From an uncultured delta proteobacterium (GTDB lineage Bacteria > Desulfobacterota > BSN033 > UBA1163), in assembly GCA_963827685.1 (NCBI GenBank), contig CAWHBU010000006.1:192001-256000 (forward strand): a stretch of 64,000 bases of DNA, given 5' to 3'. The notes beneath the pieces were generated by a model. It did no database searches. It was not told the DNA's origin and worked only from the letters and a program-made list of their open reading frames with translations. A program made the position numbers and the translations under genes. Below are positions 39,458 through 49,641 of the stretch, piece by piece. The stretch's first letter is position 1, and every line of letters starts with the position of its first letter.

Positions 39458-41197
39458 ATGAAAATAATGAAAGGCTTTTTTAATCAACTTCTTCGAATCG
39501 ATCTCTCTAAGCAAAAGTCTACGGTCGAACCCATTCCTGAATCGATTCTCCGATCCTATCTGGGTGGAAAGGGTTTAGGGTCCTATCTTCTTCTTAAAGA
39601 AAATCCACCCCATATCGATCCCTTTTCACCGCAAAATCGCCTTATCATCACATTAGGTCCCTTAGCGGATACCCCTTTTTATGGCTCCAGTCGTTACGCC
39701 GTCTTCACCAAATCTCCTCAGACTGGAATCTATTCTGAATCCTATTCTGGAGGAAAGATTACCCTCTCCCTCAGCCGAACCGGTTATGACGCCATCATCA
39801 TTGAAGGAAAATCGAATCATCCCATTTTTCTCGAGATCAGCGACAAAGAGGTCGTCTTCCACTCTGCCTCAAGCCTCTGGGGAAAAGTGACCTACGAGGC
39901 AGAAGAGGCCATTCTCAAGAGGGTTGGTAAAGATTCTGGGGCTTTGGTCATTGGCCCGGCGGGTGAGAATTTGGTCAAATTTGCCGTGATCGGGAGTGAG
40001 CGCTGGCGTTCCCTCGGAAGAGCCGGAATCGGTGCGGTGATGGGATCAAAGAAGTTGAAAGGGATTGCCTTTCACGGAAAGAAGCGCCGGGAGATTGCTG
40101 AACCCTCTTCTCTAAAAAGATTGGCCCTGAAGTTTAAAGATCGAGTCAAAGGCAATGAGATCATTCACATGTATAAAAAATATGGAACCCCCATGCTGGT
40201 TTCCATCATGAACACCATTGGCGCCTTTCCTACGCAATATTGGTCCAAAGGGACCTTGGAGGGGTGGGAAGGAATCAGCGCCGAGAGCCTGATGGAACGC
40301 TGTCAGGTGAGTTCGATCGCCTGCCCTCATTGCTTCATGGCTTGCGGGAAAATCTCTGAGGTCAAACAGGGAAGGCATCGAGGCCTTCGCATCATGGGAC
40401 CGGAATATGAAACCATTTATGCCTTTGGAGGACTTTGCATGGTGAACTCCATTGAGGAGATCATTTATCTTAACGATTTATGCGACCGTCTGGGAATGGA
40501 TACTATTACAGCAGGAAACTTGGCGGCGTTTGCCATCGAGGCTTCAAAAAGAAGGAAGATCAAAGACAACCTCCAATATGGAGATGTGGATGGCATTGCG
40601 GCGATCTTAACCAAAATTGCATATCGAAAAGGAGTGGGGCGTATCTTGTCAGAGGGAGTCCGCCATGCCGCAAAGGTCTGGGAGATGGAAGAGAAGGCGA
40701 TTCATGTGAAAGGCCTGGAGCCTGCGGGCTTTGATCCCAGGGTACTGAAGGGAATGGGGCTTGCTTATGCCACATCGGATCGAGGGGCCTGCCATCTCAG
40801 GGCGACCTTTTATAAGTCCGAACTTTCTGGTCAGATTGATCCTGATCAGATAAAGGGGAAGGCCAAGCTTTTTGTGGATTATGAGGACAAGATGACCCTG
40901 TTCGATGCCCTGATCCTCTGCCGCTTTTATCGGGATTTAGTCACCTGGAAGGACCTTCAAGAGATTATAAAATCTACTTGCAACCTTTCACTCAAGAAGA
41001 AAGAACTAAGAGCCATGGCCTCTGGAATTATCAATCTCGCCAGGGCTTTCAATCAACAAGAGGGGTTGACAATCAAAGAGGACAAACTGCCTCGTCGATT
41101 CTTTCGAGAAGTTCTCCAGGAGACAGGAAAAACGATCCAACCCGAAGATCTGAAATTCATGTTGAAGGAGTATTACGAATTGAGGGGCTGGAAGTGA
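39458..41197 (+). CDS. Tungsten-containing aldehyde ferredoxin oxidoreductase family protein
   Basis: YLGGKGLG, KSPQTG, IGPAGEN, GRAGIGAVMGSKKLK, C..C...C, PEYET, DRLGMDTI, RGACH. Confidence 0.93.
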   Translation: MKIMKGFFNQLLRIDLSKQKSTVEPIPESILRSYLGGKGLGSYLLLKENPPHIDPFSPQNRLIITLGPLADTPFYGSSRYAVFTKSPQTGIYSESYSGGKITLSLSRTGYDAIIIEGKSNHPIFLEISDKEVVFHSASSLWGKVTYEAEEAILKRVGKDSGALVIGPAGENLVKFAVIGSERWRSLGRAGIGAVMGSKKLKGIAFHGKKRREIAEPSSLKRLALKFKDRVKGNEIIHMYKKYGTPMLVSIMNTIGAFPTQYWSKGTLEGWEGISAESLMERCQVSSIACPHCFMACGKISEVKQGRHRGLRIMGPEYETIYAFGGLCMVNSIEEIIYLNDLCDRLGMDTITAGNLAAFAIEASKRRKIKDNLQYGDVDGIAAILTKIAYRKGVGRILSEGVRHAAKVWEMEEKAIHVKGLEPAGFDPRVLKGMGLAYATSDRGACHLRATFYKSELSGQIDPDQIKGKAKLFVDYEDKMTLFDALILCRFYRDLVTWKDLQEIIKSTCNLSLKKKELRAMASGIINLARAFNQQEGLTIKEDKLPRRFFREVLQETGKTIQPEDLKFMLKEYYELRGWK

Positions 41198-41473
41198 CCT
41201 TGCCTACCCCCAGTTTTTAGAAGTACTGAGCTTTTTAGGAGCAAGCCACCCGGCCGAGCCCCTCAGAGAGGCTTCACAGGCCGCACCGCTTTGCGCTTGG
41301 GTACATGGACCTCAACGTTATAAGGAAGTTCCCCTATGTTCCTCGGTCAGGTTACAAAATACTCTCTAAGAAATCGGCCTTATGAAGCCTTGAAGAGGGG
41401 GTTGGCCAGGTGGCAAGTTACATCCATTCCACCCAGCCTGGAGAGGATAATGAAAAACTGGAGGTGGGCAAGG
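41198..41473. mobile_element. 276-bp non-autonomous element (21-bp TIR, 9-bp TSD) enclosing a rod-shaped structured RNA candidate
   Basis: TIR CCTTGCCTACCCCCAGTTTTT / AAAAACTGGAGGTGGGCAAGG (19/21); DR TGGAAGTGA at 41189-41197 and 41474-41482. Confidence 0.8.
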
Positions 41474-41568
41474 TGGAAGTGACCACTTTACCTCCTGTCA
41501 TTCAAATGGTAATATAATAGAAATGCTAAGCGCTTAGCGCATTGCAGTGAACGATATAGGTAAACGCG

Positions 41569-43161
41569 ATGGGCTTCTGGAACTTGAAGAAGAAGATCAT
41601 TCTCAGCGTCGTCATGGTGGTCCTGGTGATCGAAGGGATTTTCCTCTACCTGAATATCCGCTCCCTCTCCCGACAGATTCTCAACAAGACGGAAGAGGAA
41701 GCCTTCAACCTGAGCGAAACGATCCGCTTGAGCATTCGTAATGCCATGATCTTAAATCGAAGAGATGAATATCAAAGAATTATTGATGACGTTGCCCAGA
41801 GGAAAGGGATTGCACAAGTCAGAATCTTTAATAAGGTGGGCGAAATCACCGTCTCCTCCGACAGATCCAAAGTCGGAACGGTGGTCGATAAGAAGGCAGA
41901 GGCTTGTTATGGGTGCCACAGAGAGAACGAGGCAAAAGTGCTCCTGCCCTCCGACAGTAAAACCCGCATCTATCACACGGAAAAACAGAGTCTCCTGGGT
42001 CTGATTAATCCTATTTATAATGAGCCCTCCTGTTACCCTTGCCATCCAAAAACCCAGAATGTCCTTGGCGTCTTAGACACAACGATCAGCCTTGAAGGTT
42101 TTGAAAAGGAGAAGGCCGAAATTTACAACCGCATGATCATCTCGGGAATTGTCAGCGTCATCATTCTCAGTTTTCTGTTGAGTCTATTACTCACCCGATT
42201 TGTGAACCGACCCATTGATAAACTCTTGGCGGCTACGAAGACAGCGGCTCTTGGAAATTTGGATCAGACCGTGTCCATACGTTCTCACGATGAACTCGGA
42301 GAACTTTCTGACTCCTTTAACAATATGATCTCCGAACTCAAGCGCTCTCGCGATGCCATCGAAGAATGGACTCAAACCTTGGAACGTCGCGTCTACGAGA
42401 GGACCCAGGAACTCCAGCGGGTCCAAGATCAGCTCATCCATGCCGGCAAGATGGCCGCTCTCGGAGAACTGGCGGCTGGCGTCGCTCATGAGATCAACAA
42501 TCCCCTCACCGGTGTTCTTACCTTCAGCTCCCTGATGCTCAAAAAGGTGGATGAAAACCACCCCTGGAAAAAAGATTTAGAAAACATTGTCCAACAGACC
42601 ACTCGATGCAGGAATATTGTAAAGGGCCTTTTGGACTTTGCTCGGCAGAGAAAACCGGATAAGAAAAAGTGGGATATTCATGCGTTGATTGACAATACGC
42701 TCACCCTTGTTGAAAAACAGGCCCCTTTCCAGAATATCAAAATTGAAAAACAATTTAAAACGGTGATTCCCATGCTCTTTGTTGATGGAGACCAGATCCA
42801 GCAGGTCTTTATGAATATCCTTCTCAATGCCGCAGATGCCATGGCTGGAAACGGTGGGACTCTGACCATTAAAACAGGCTTTAAGGATGGATTGACAGAG
42901 GTCTCCTTCATTGATACAGGGGGTGGGATTGCGAAAGAACACCTCTCTAAACTCTTTGACCCTTTTTTTACCACCAAGGAAACCGGCAAAGGAACGGGGT
43001 TAGGGTTGGCGATCAGTTATGGAATTATTCAAAGCCACGGTGGAGATATTGTAGTGGAAAGTGAGGTGGGAAAGGGATCTACCTTCCGGATCAAACTTCC
43101 AATTGAAAAACAAAATGGGGAGTTAAGGCGATCGGGAGATGTGGGGAATGAAAGAGTGTAG
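41569..43161 (+). CDS. HAMP sensor histidine kinase with di-heme c periplasmic domain
   Basis: CYGCH and CYPCH between two TMs; [26 protein letters not shown]. Confidence 0.9.
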   Translation: MGFWNLKKKIILSVVMVVLVIEGIFLYLNIRSLSRQILNKTEEEAFNLSETIRLSIRNAMILNRRDEYQRIIDDVAQRKGIAQVRIFNKVGEITVSSDRSKVGTVVDKKAEACYGCHRENEAKVLLPSDSKTRIYHTEKQSLLGLINPIYNEPSCYPCHPKTQNVLGVLDTTISLEGFEKEKAEIYNRMIISGIVSVIILSFLLSLLLTRFVNRPIDKLLAATKTAALGNLDQTVSIRSHDELGELSDSFNNMISELKRSRDAIEEWTQTLERRVYERTQELQRVQDQLIHAGKMAALGELAAGVAHEINNPLTGVLTFSSLMLKKVDENHPWKKDLENIVQQTTRCRNIVKGLLDFARQRKPDKKKWDIHALIDNTLTLVEKQAPFQNIKIEKQFKTVIPMLFVDGDQIQQVFMNILLNAADAMAGNGGTLTIKTGFKDGLTEVSFIDTGGGIAKEHLSKLFDPFFTTKETGKGTGLGLAISYGIIQSHGGDIVVESEVGKGSTFRIKLPIEKQNGELRRSGDVGNERV

Positions 43162-43218
43162 CATTCCGGTTAAAACCGAAACGGAATTCTATCCTTTCGC
43201 CCCCAATAAATGGGGGCG

Positions 43219-44229
43219 CTACCATTTTATGTTCCTCACAAATTCAGCCAAGAGATTTTCACCCTCATCCTCTTTTTCAAAACCGACCATCCCCAGAAGA
43301 TAAACCCCTTTCTGAAGGACGAAGACTTTTCCCTGATAGGGATCCTCCCCTCTCAACGCCAAAGTCTTAAATTCAATGATACTTCCTGAAAATACATTCC
43401 CTTTTTTGGAGAGGTCCTCTTTATAAACCTTCAGAGCGCTCATCGCCTCTTGAGAATCCTTATAAATAGCTAAGAAAAGCTTAAACTCTTTATTCTCAGT
43501 TTTCGCTTTTGTTTCATCCTCAGCATCTTTTTTGTCCTTGTCCTCAGCCTTAACCTTAACCTGAGCCTTATTCCAAACCTCCACCTTTTCCTTTGCCCCA
43601 TCCTTCTCTATATAGATCCCTTGGAAACCCTTTTTTAAGAATTGATGTCCTAAAAGGCCTTCGGGAAAGTATTGAATAGAGCCTGGTTTGAGTCCGTTCT
43701 TAGGGAAGTAGTTAATCTCCTTGGGAGGGGGTGAAGGGTCAATGATCCTTGAGGCAATTTTCGTTGCCCATTGTTTTAAGGCTGAGGAACTTGACTCTGT
43801 AGCATAGAGCAAGACAAAATACTTACCTTTGTAAAAGAAAGCGGAAGAGTCATCAAGGTATGAATCCAACCCAAAGCCTCCGGGGCGATCCTCATTTCTA
43901 AACCTTGAAAATATCCCAAAGGCCTGAAGCACATTTTCCATATCGTAGATGTCCAATTCGATCTGATGTTTTGGGTTCTTCCTGTTTTGATAGATCGCGA
44001 AGATCGACTTTTGAAATCCATATTTGAGATAGAGCTCGGCCTGACCATCAATATGTTTAAAGAGGGTCTTCTTGGTATAGGTTTGAGGGCCGTCAATGAG
44101 TGCCCATCCGTCTGGTAGATCTTTCTTGGGCATAAGGGACTCCAATGGCACTGCCCATGATGACGCTTCGAACCACACAAATATCCCTGCTAAAATAGAA
44201 AGAACTATCAATTTTCGATGAGCCATCAC
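43219..44229 (-). CDS. Exported hypothetical protein (DUF6599-like)
   Basis: Signal peptide, TLFKHIDGQAELYLKYGF, ELDIYDM...AFGIFS. Confidence 0.65.
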   Translation of the reverse strand: MMAHRKLIVLSILAGIFVWFEASSWAVPLESLMPKKDLPDGWALIDGPQTYTKKTLFKHIDGQAELYLKYGFQKSIFAIYQNRKNPKHQIELDIYDMENVLQAFGIFSRFRNEDRPGGFGLDSYLDDSSAFFYKGKYFVLLYATESSSSALKQWATKIASRIIDPSPPPKEINYFPKNGLKPGSIQYFPEGLLGHQFLKKGFQGIYIEKDGAKEKVEVWNKAQVKVKAEDKDKKDAEDETKAKTENKEFKLFLAIYKDSQEAMSALKVYKEDLSKKGNVFSGSIIEFKTLALRGEDPYQGKVFVLQKGVYLLGMVGFEKEDEGENLLAEFVRNIKW

Positions 44230-44245
44230 TTTATCCCTCCAAATA

Positions 44246-45388
44246 TTAACTCCGAACTATGAACTCTTGTGCCATCTTGATCTGTGCCCGGACATCTAAC
44301 CCCCTCCTGCAGATAACGGAGCAGGATGGGCACTCTGAACAATGTTGAATGTCCTGTCTCGTAATCATTTGTGGCGATTCTCTCAGTAGAGAATCATTCT
44401 CATATCCATCGTGATACATCACCAGCCTTAATAGATCGCCATGAGGCACCCCATAAGGGCATTCTCCAATGCAGTCTCCGCACATCGTACAGGTTCTTCC
44501 CTGAAGGAAGGATTGATACTGTTTCAGTGCATCTAAATCTCCTTTTGAGAAGGAAATCCCCATGACAGCAGCACATTCCTCGATCTGCTCAATCGTGGTC
44601 ACCCCTGGAACAGCGCAGGATACATTCTGATCCATCAGGACATATTTGAGAGCTGCCTGGTGAGGGCTGAGGCCTCCCATCTTCTCCTTCTTGTACCCCC
44701 CTGCCTGAGTCTTCATGGCCACAATGCCTATCCCTGATTTGGCTGCCAAGGCCACGGCCTCTTTCAAATCCTTTGAATGGGTGAAATTATAGGAGACCAA
44801 AGCAACGTCGTGAAGATTCGATTTTGCCGCTTCCCTTAAAAGGGAAGCCATGCGGCTATGGGCGGAAAATCCAGTAAAGCGAACCTTCCCTTCTTTTTTC
44901 ATCTTCGACATGAATTCAAAAAGCACAGGGTCCGAAACTTCTTCCGGAGAAGAGTGACCATGCCATACTAAAACATCGATGTAATCCGTCCTCAATCGCC
45001 GAAGGCTCCTCTCCACAGAGGCTCGCATTTTCTTTTCATCGTGAATATGGACCTTTGTCTGAATGAATACCTTTTGCCGCTTTCCTTCGAAGACCTTGCC
45101 TACCATCTCTTCGTTACGGCCCCTCATGTAACAGTCTGCGGTATCGTAGAAATTGATTCCGAGATCATAGGCGCGAAGGAGCACAGCCGGATCGCTGCAA
45201 TTCATCACGCCCATGCTCACAGCTGTTACTTTCAATCCTGTCTTGCCGAGGGTTCGATATTCAAGGGCTGGTTCCTTTTCTGCATGAGCCACTGGAAGGC
45301 TACTCCAAAAATGGCTTGACACTACTCCCAAAAATACCGAAGACATATTCTTCATGAATTTTCTTCTTCCCATCTTTTCTGAAAACAT
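44246..45388 (-). CDS. Tat-signal aldo/keto reductase with C-terminal Fe-S domain
   Basis: GRRKFMK, YRTLGKTGL.V, GINFYDTA..Y, SLRRLRTDYID, CTMCGDCIGECP, CSECPSC...C. Confidence 0.9.
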   Translation of the reverse strand: MFSEKMGRRKFMKNMSSVFLGVVSSHFWSSLPVAHAEKEPALEYRTLGKTGLKVTAVSMGVMNCSDPAVLLRAYDLGINFYDTADCYMRGRNEEMVGKVFEGKRQKVFIQTKVHIHDEKKMRASVERSLRRLRTDYIDVLVWHGHSSPEEVSDPVLFEFMSKMKKEGKVRFTGFSAHSRMASLLREAAKSNLHDVALVSYNFTHSKDLKEAVALAAKSGIGIVAMKTQAGGYKKEKMGGLSPHQAALKYVLMDQNVSCAVPGVTTIEQIEECAAVMGISFSKGDLDALKQYQSFLQGRTCTMCGDCIGECPYGVPHGDLLRLVMYHDGYENDSLLRESPQMITRQDIQHCSECPSCSVICRRGLDVRAQIKMAQEFIVRS

Positions 45389-45540
45389 CGGATTCTCCCC
45401 ATCTATTCAAATTTCTTAAATTATACCTTACCCAATTGATTTATCAATCCTTTTCATAGTAAGAAATAAAAAGGCTTGCAAGACCACCCAATGTTATGGT
45501 AATAAATGAAAAATTCTCAAGCCGCAAAAGGAGGTCAGTT

Positions 45541-46233
45541 ATGGAAAGAAATGTTTCGAAACTCAGTCTCATGCTGATCTTGGGATTGATGGTCGCCATG
45601 CTGCTTCTGCTTTATGGGGAAGACCAATGGGTGTTCGCCCAAGAGAAAAGTAAAAAAGAGACCATTAAATTGCCTCCACCAAGATATGAGAGTAATGTAT
45701 CCATCGAAAAAGCCTTGCTGGAGAGAAGATCCATCAGGAGTTATAAACAAGAACCGTTGACCCTCAATGAGATTTCCCAAATCCTCTGGGCTGCCCTGGG
45801 GATTACAGAACCGAAGAGAGGTTTGAGGACATATCCTTCGTCAAGGAGACTTTTCCTCCTCCAGGGCCATGTGCTCCCAGGAAATGTGACCAATCTCCCA
45901 AAAGGTATTTACAAATATCAACCTCAGGGCCATCAACTGATCAAGACAGCGGATGGAGATAAGAAGGCTGAACTGTTTAAGGCCGTCGGTCAGGCTTCCA
46001 TTAGAGACGCTGCCGTAGTCCTGGTGATCTCCGGTATAACCGAGAAAACTCAAAAGCCAAACCGGAGGGTTCTTGAGGCAGGTCATGCTGCTCAGAATGT
46101 TTATCTGCAAGCTTGCTCCCTGAATTTGGGAACCGTTGTAATGGCGGGTTTCATAGAAGAAGAGGTCAGGAAAGTATTAAACCTTCCAGAAGAAGAAGTG
46201 CCATTTTATATCATGCCCATTGGCAAAAAATAA
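45541..46233 (+). CDS. SagB/ThcOx-family nitroreductase-like protein
   Basis: KLPPP, ERRSIRSY, SQILWAA.GIT, RTYPS, LEAGHAAQNVYLQ. Confidence 0.85.
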   Translation: MERNVSKLSLMLILGLMVAMLLLLYGEDQWVFAQEKSKKETIKLPPPRYESNVSIEKALLERRSIRSYKQEPLTLNEISQILWAALGITEPKRGLRTYPSSRRLFLLQGHVLPGNVTNLPKGIYKYQPQGHQLIKTADGDKKAELFKAVGQASIRDAAVVLVISGITEKTQKPNRRVLEAGHAAQNVYLQACSLNLGTVVMAGFIEEEVRKVLNLPEEEVPFYIMPIGKK

Positions 46234-46240
46234 TCGGAGC

Positions 46241-46567
46241 CTACGCTTCTTCAACGAGGGGGTAACCTGCTTTTTTCCATGCCTCCACACCGCCGGCGAG
46301 GCATCTAACGTTCTCGTATCCCTTTGCGATGAACTTCACTGCCTGACCGGCAGCACTCCCTTCGTTGGGTCAGGCTCAGTAGAAGACAATCTCCTGATTT
46401 TTTGACAAGGAAGAAAATTTAGACTTAAATTCATTGAATGAAATCGCTCCTTGAAGTCGCATCTTTCTGAACCTCGATTCGTCTTCGTAGGCGCAGACAA
46501 GTAATACTTTTCCTGCTTCTAACTTCTGATGAACTTCTTCTGGAGTGACACGTTTAGGTTCTGCCAT
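46241..46567 (-). CDS. Rhodanese-like selenoprotein candidate with U-A-U motif (108 aa)
   Basis: ...QEIVFY-TGA-A-TGA-PNEGSAAGQA...GYENVRCLAGGVEAWKKAGYP; rhodanese C-terminal signature in frame after two UGAs; SECIS-like hairpin at 46338-46354. Confidence 0.8.
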
Positions 46568-46736
46568 GACGTTTTCTCCTTGTTCTAGGATCACCTTTCC
46601 CCAATATTCTATATCTGATCTGAGTAAATGATCAATGCTTTTCAAACGGAGGACAGTTCCACGTTTGAAGCTACTGCTTACCGCAGGGACCCCGCCTATC
46701 CGGCTTTAGCGGGACGGGGCACTTGTCGGTCGAGGT

Positions 46737-47129
46737 TTAGCTTATGTTGATTTTATAGGTATCCTCTTTATCGTAAACCTGAGGGCTGTATTCAATCACA
46801 AGGGTGTTTTCCAACCCATAGAAGAGATGGCCGCAGCGGGGCTTAACTCTTATTCTGTTTCCTTTTTCAAGAATCTTTTCTTCCTTCTGAAGAGTATCCA
46901 TATCGATAAACGAGGCTTTTATTTTTCCCTGAAAGACATAGAAGATTTCTTCCTTCTTTTCATGGTAATGGTTACCCCGTGAGTGCCCTTTTTTGATCTC
47001 AAAAGCAGCTAAATGGTGCATCGCTTCGTCATAGGCAACCTGAACGAATTCTCCCCTTTCCTCTTCCCATCTTTTTGCCCCCTGGATTTCTTTTGTGTTA
47101 GGCAGTTTCTCAATGGTCAATCTGTCCAT
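46737..47129 (-). CDS. Cupin-domain protein
   Basis: RGNHYHEKKEE.FYV.QG...P..GH. Confidence 0.8.
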   Translation of the reverse strand: MDRLTIEKLPNTKEIQGAKRWEEERGEFVQVAYDEAMHHLAAFEIKKGHSRGNHYHEKKEEIFYVFQGKIKASFIDMDTLQKEEKILEKGNRIRVKPRCGHLFYGLENTLVIEYSPQVYDKEDTYKINIS

Positions 47130-47243
47130 AATATCCTCATACCTCAGACAAAATTTTCGTGATGGTGTTATCACCCACAAATCATGGGAATAAGTAATCC
47201 CCCCGATCCCCCTTTGCTAAAAAAAGGGGGGGGATTTTGGAAA

Positions 47244-47969
47244 TCACAGAAGAACATCCACCAGGAGAAGTTCCGCATCTTCTTCGGCATCAACAGCAAC
47301 CTTCATATCCTCGCTTAGCTTTGCTGCACCAAGGAGTGGAACTTGATGTCCATTCACCTTCACGGGCCCACCTTCCATCACGTAAAGGTAGCCTCCCCGC
47401 TTAACACGGATCCGGTGTTCCACCCTTCGTCCTGCTTGAAGGAAACAGGAATAGACGTCGGCATCTGAAAATATCTTGAGAGCACCTGAATGATTGTTAG
47501 AGACCAAGAGGAGGAAACGATTTGTCCGGTTCTTCTTCTCCACTGCCTTCTGCTCCATGGACGGCTTCAGATCTTTTCTTGAAGGGAAAAACCACATCTG
47601 AATGAACCGCATTGGCATATCTGGCTTATTATTAATCTCTGAGTGCCACATGCCACTGCCGACAGTCGTATGCTGTACCCACCCTTTCTTGAGGATACCG
47701 CCCTTTCCATTCTCATCCTCGTGGCGGAATTCCCCATCAGCGCAGTAAGTCACCACCTCAATCTCCCGATGGGGATGGAGGGGCCATACAGCGCCGGGAG
47801 AAAGGGTATCGTCATTGAAAACGCGTAAGGTCCCAAAGTTCATGTATTCCGGATCGTGGTACTGGTCAAAAGAGAAATGCCAACGACCGTGGAAAGTACC
47901 ATTCTGAATGGCACCATGGGCCTGGTAAATACTTTCTGGTTTTCGAATAACAATTCTGTTTTCCATCAT
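47244..47969 (-). CDS. Pirin-family protein
   Basis: FGTLRVFNDD, HPHREIEVVTY, HED..G, GSGMWHSE.N, QMW. Confidence 0.9.
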   Translation of the reverse strand: MMENRIVIRKPESIYQAHGAIQNGTFHGRWHFSFDQYHDPEYMNFGTLRVFNDDTLSPGAVWPLHPHREIEVVTYCADGEFRHEDENGKGGILKKGWVQHTTVGSGMWHSEINNKPDMPMRFIQMWFFPSRKDLKPSMEQKAVEKKNRTNRFLLLVSNNHSGALKIFSDADVYSCFLQAGRRVEHRIRVKRGGYLYVMEGGPVKVNGHQVPLLGAAKLSEDMKVAVDAEEDAELLLVDVLL

Positions 47970-48000
47970 TTGACCTTCTTTTTCTAACCATGAACCCAAT

Positions 48001-49059
48001 CTAATCATTCCCTCTGGATTTGGATTCCTCGGGGATAATCCCGAGATTCAGTTTCTCCGTGCGTCGTATAATCGTCAGCGTTGTTTTTACTCCTACCTTC
48101 TCTTCTGTTAATATCTTATGCAGATCATCAATACCAGTAATGGGCTGACCATCAAAACCGACGATCATATCCCCTTCGGAAAGACCGGCTTTCTGTGCCG
48201 GGCTACCCTCTTCGATGGATACCACCAGGATACCACTTTCCACGGGCAAACGGTGGAAGCGAACAATCCGGCGATGGAGCTGAACATTTTGTCCCCCCAG
48301 CCCTATGTAGCTCCGCCTGATCTTTCCCTCTTTGATGAGCTTGGCGGCAACAAACTTGGCCGTATTAATCCCGATGGCAAAACAGATCCCTTGGGCTGCA
48401 AGAATCATCGCTGTATTCACTCCTATGACATCTCCTTGGGACGTGACAAGCGGGCCGCCCGAATTCCCGGGGTTCAGGGCAGCGTCGGTTTGGATGACGT
48501 TGTCGATCAGTCGGCCAGACATCGACCTGAGAGAACGCCCAAGCGCACTGATCACTCCAGAAGTGACAGTATATTGGAAGCCGTAAGGGTTTCCAATGGC
48601 GATCACCAGTTGACCTACTCTTATCCTCTGGGAGTCGCCCAAGGGCACGGGCACAAGGTTTGGCCCGTTAGTTCTAACGACTGCCAGATCAGTGTCCGGG
48701 TCATCTCCTACAATGTCTGCCTGAAAACGTCGTCCATCCGAGAGAGCAACATCGATCCTGTCTGCATGATGCACAACGTGGCTGTTGGTCAGAATAAAAC
48801 CATCTGGCGTGAAGATGAAACCAGAACCATTACCGCGCAGCTCTTCGGGGAGGCGAAAGGGAGTCGTCTGTTTTCCTTTCAGATTCTTATGAACGTCAAT
48901 ATTCACAACCGACGGACTTACCTTCTCCGCCGCATTGATCACTGCCCGCGAATAGGCATCCAGAAGATCGGCGTCTGAGGGATGGGCGACATCAAGTGTT
49001 CGCGCCTCCCCTCCCCTGACTGCTTCATTTGATAGTAGTCGCACGACTTTCTTAGCCAT
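48001..49059 (-). CDS. HtrA/DegQ-like serine protease with PDZ, no obvious signal peptide
   Basis: GSGFI, LTNSHVV, TDLAV, IQTDAALNPGNSGGPL, SPAQKAGL. Confidence 0.92.
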   Translation of the reverse strand: MAKKVVRLLSNEAVRGGEARTLDVAHPSDADLLDAYSRAVINAAEKVSPSVVNIDVHKNLKGKQTTPFRLPEELRGNGSGFIFTPDGFILTNSHVVHHADRIDVALSDGRRFQADIVGDDPDTDLAVVRTNGPNLVPVPLGDSQRIRVGQLVIAIGNPYGFQYTVTSGVISALGRSLRSMSGRLIDNVIQTDAALNPGNSGGPLVTSQGDVIGVNTAMILAAQGICFAIGINTAKFVAAKLIKEGKIRRSYIGLGGQNVQLHRRIVRFHRLPVESGILVVSIEEGSPAQKAGLSEGDMIVGFDGQPITGIDDLHKILTEEKVGVKTTLTIIRRTEKLNLGIIPEESKSRGND

Positions 49060-49236
49060 TTTTACGTCTCCTGCAGTCCATTTCCTCAATTTCAGATGAG
49101 CTTTAATCAATTACCCCAAACAATAATTTAATCATTCGAAACCATTTTTTCAAACTGATCCCTTGTTTCTTGAAGATGGTTCCTTATTGATTATCCAAGT
49201 TTTTTGAATTATGATGCTTTATAAAAGAGGGAATAG

Positions 49237-49638
49237 ATGGAAGAATACAGAGACAAACACGCTCGTTCGGGGATTGATACCCCGCTTCCAAAAATCGAAT
49301 GTTTCGAAAATCAGTTCAGGAGCTATGAAATTGCAATCTCTATCCCGGAGTATACTTCTGTCTGCCCACGAACAGGGCTGCCTGATTTCGGAACGATTAC
49401 AATCCGCTATATTCCTGATAAATGGTGCGTCGAATTGAAATCTCTAAAGATGTACGTCCTCGCCTACCGGAATTTGGGGATCTTCTACGAAAATGCGGTC
49501 AACCGAATCCTCAGGGATTTCGTCAAGGCCTCCAAGCCCATTCAAGCGGTTGTCACGGGTGAATTCAATGTCCGTGGAGGAATGAAAAGTGTTATCGAAG
49601 CTTCCTATCCTCCAAAGAATCGCCCGAAGAAAAGCTAA
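49237..49638 (+). CDS. queF: PreQ0 reductase (type I)
   Basis: PEYTSVCPRTGLPDFG, ELKSLKMY...YRN.GIFYE, F.VRGG. Confidence 0.93.
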   Translation: MEEYRDKHARSGIDTPLPKIECFENQFRSYEIAISIPEYTSVCPRTGLPDFGTITIRYIPDKWCVELKSLKMYVLAYRNLGIFYENAVNRILRDFVKASKPIQAVVTGEFNVRGGMKSVIEASYPPKNRPKKS

Positions 49639-49641
49639 ATA

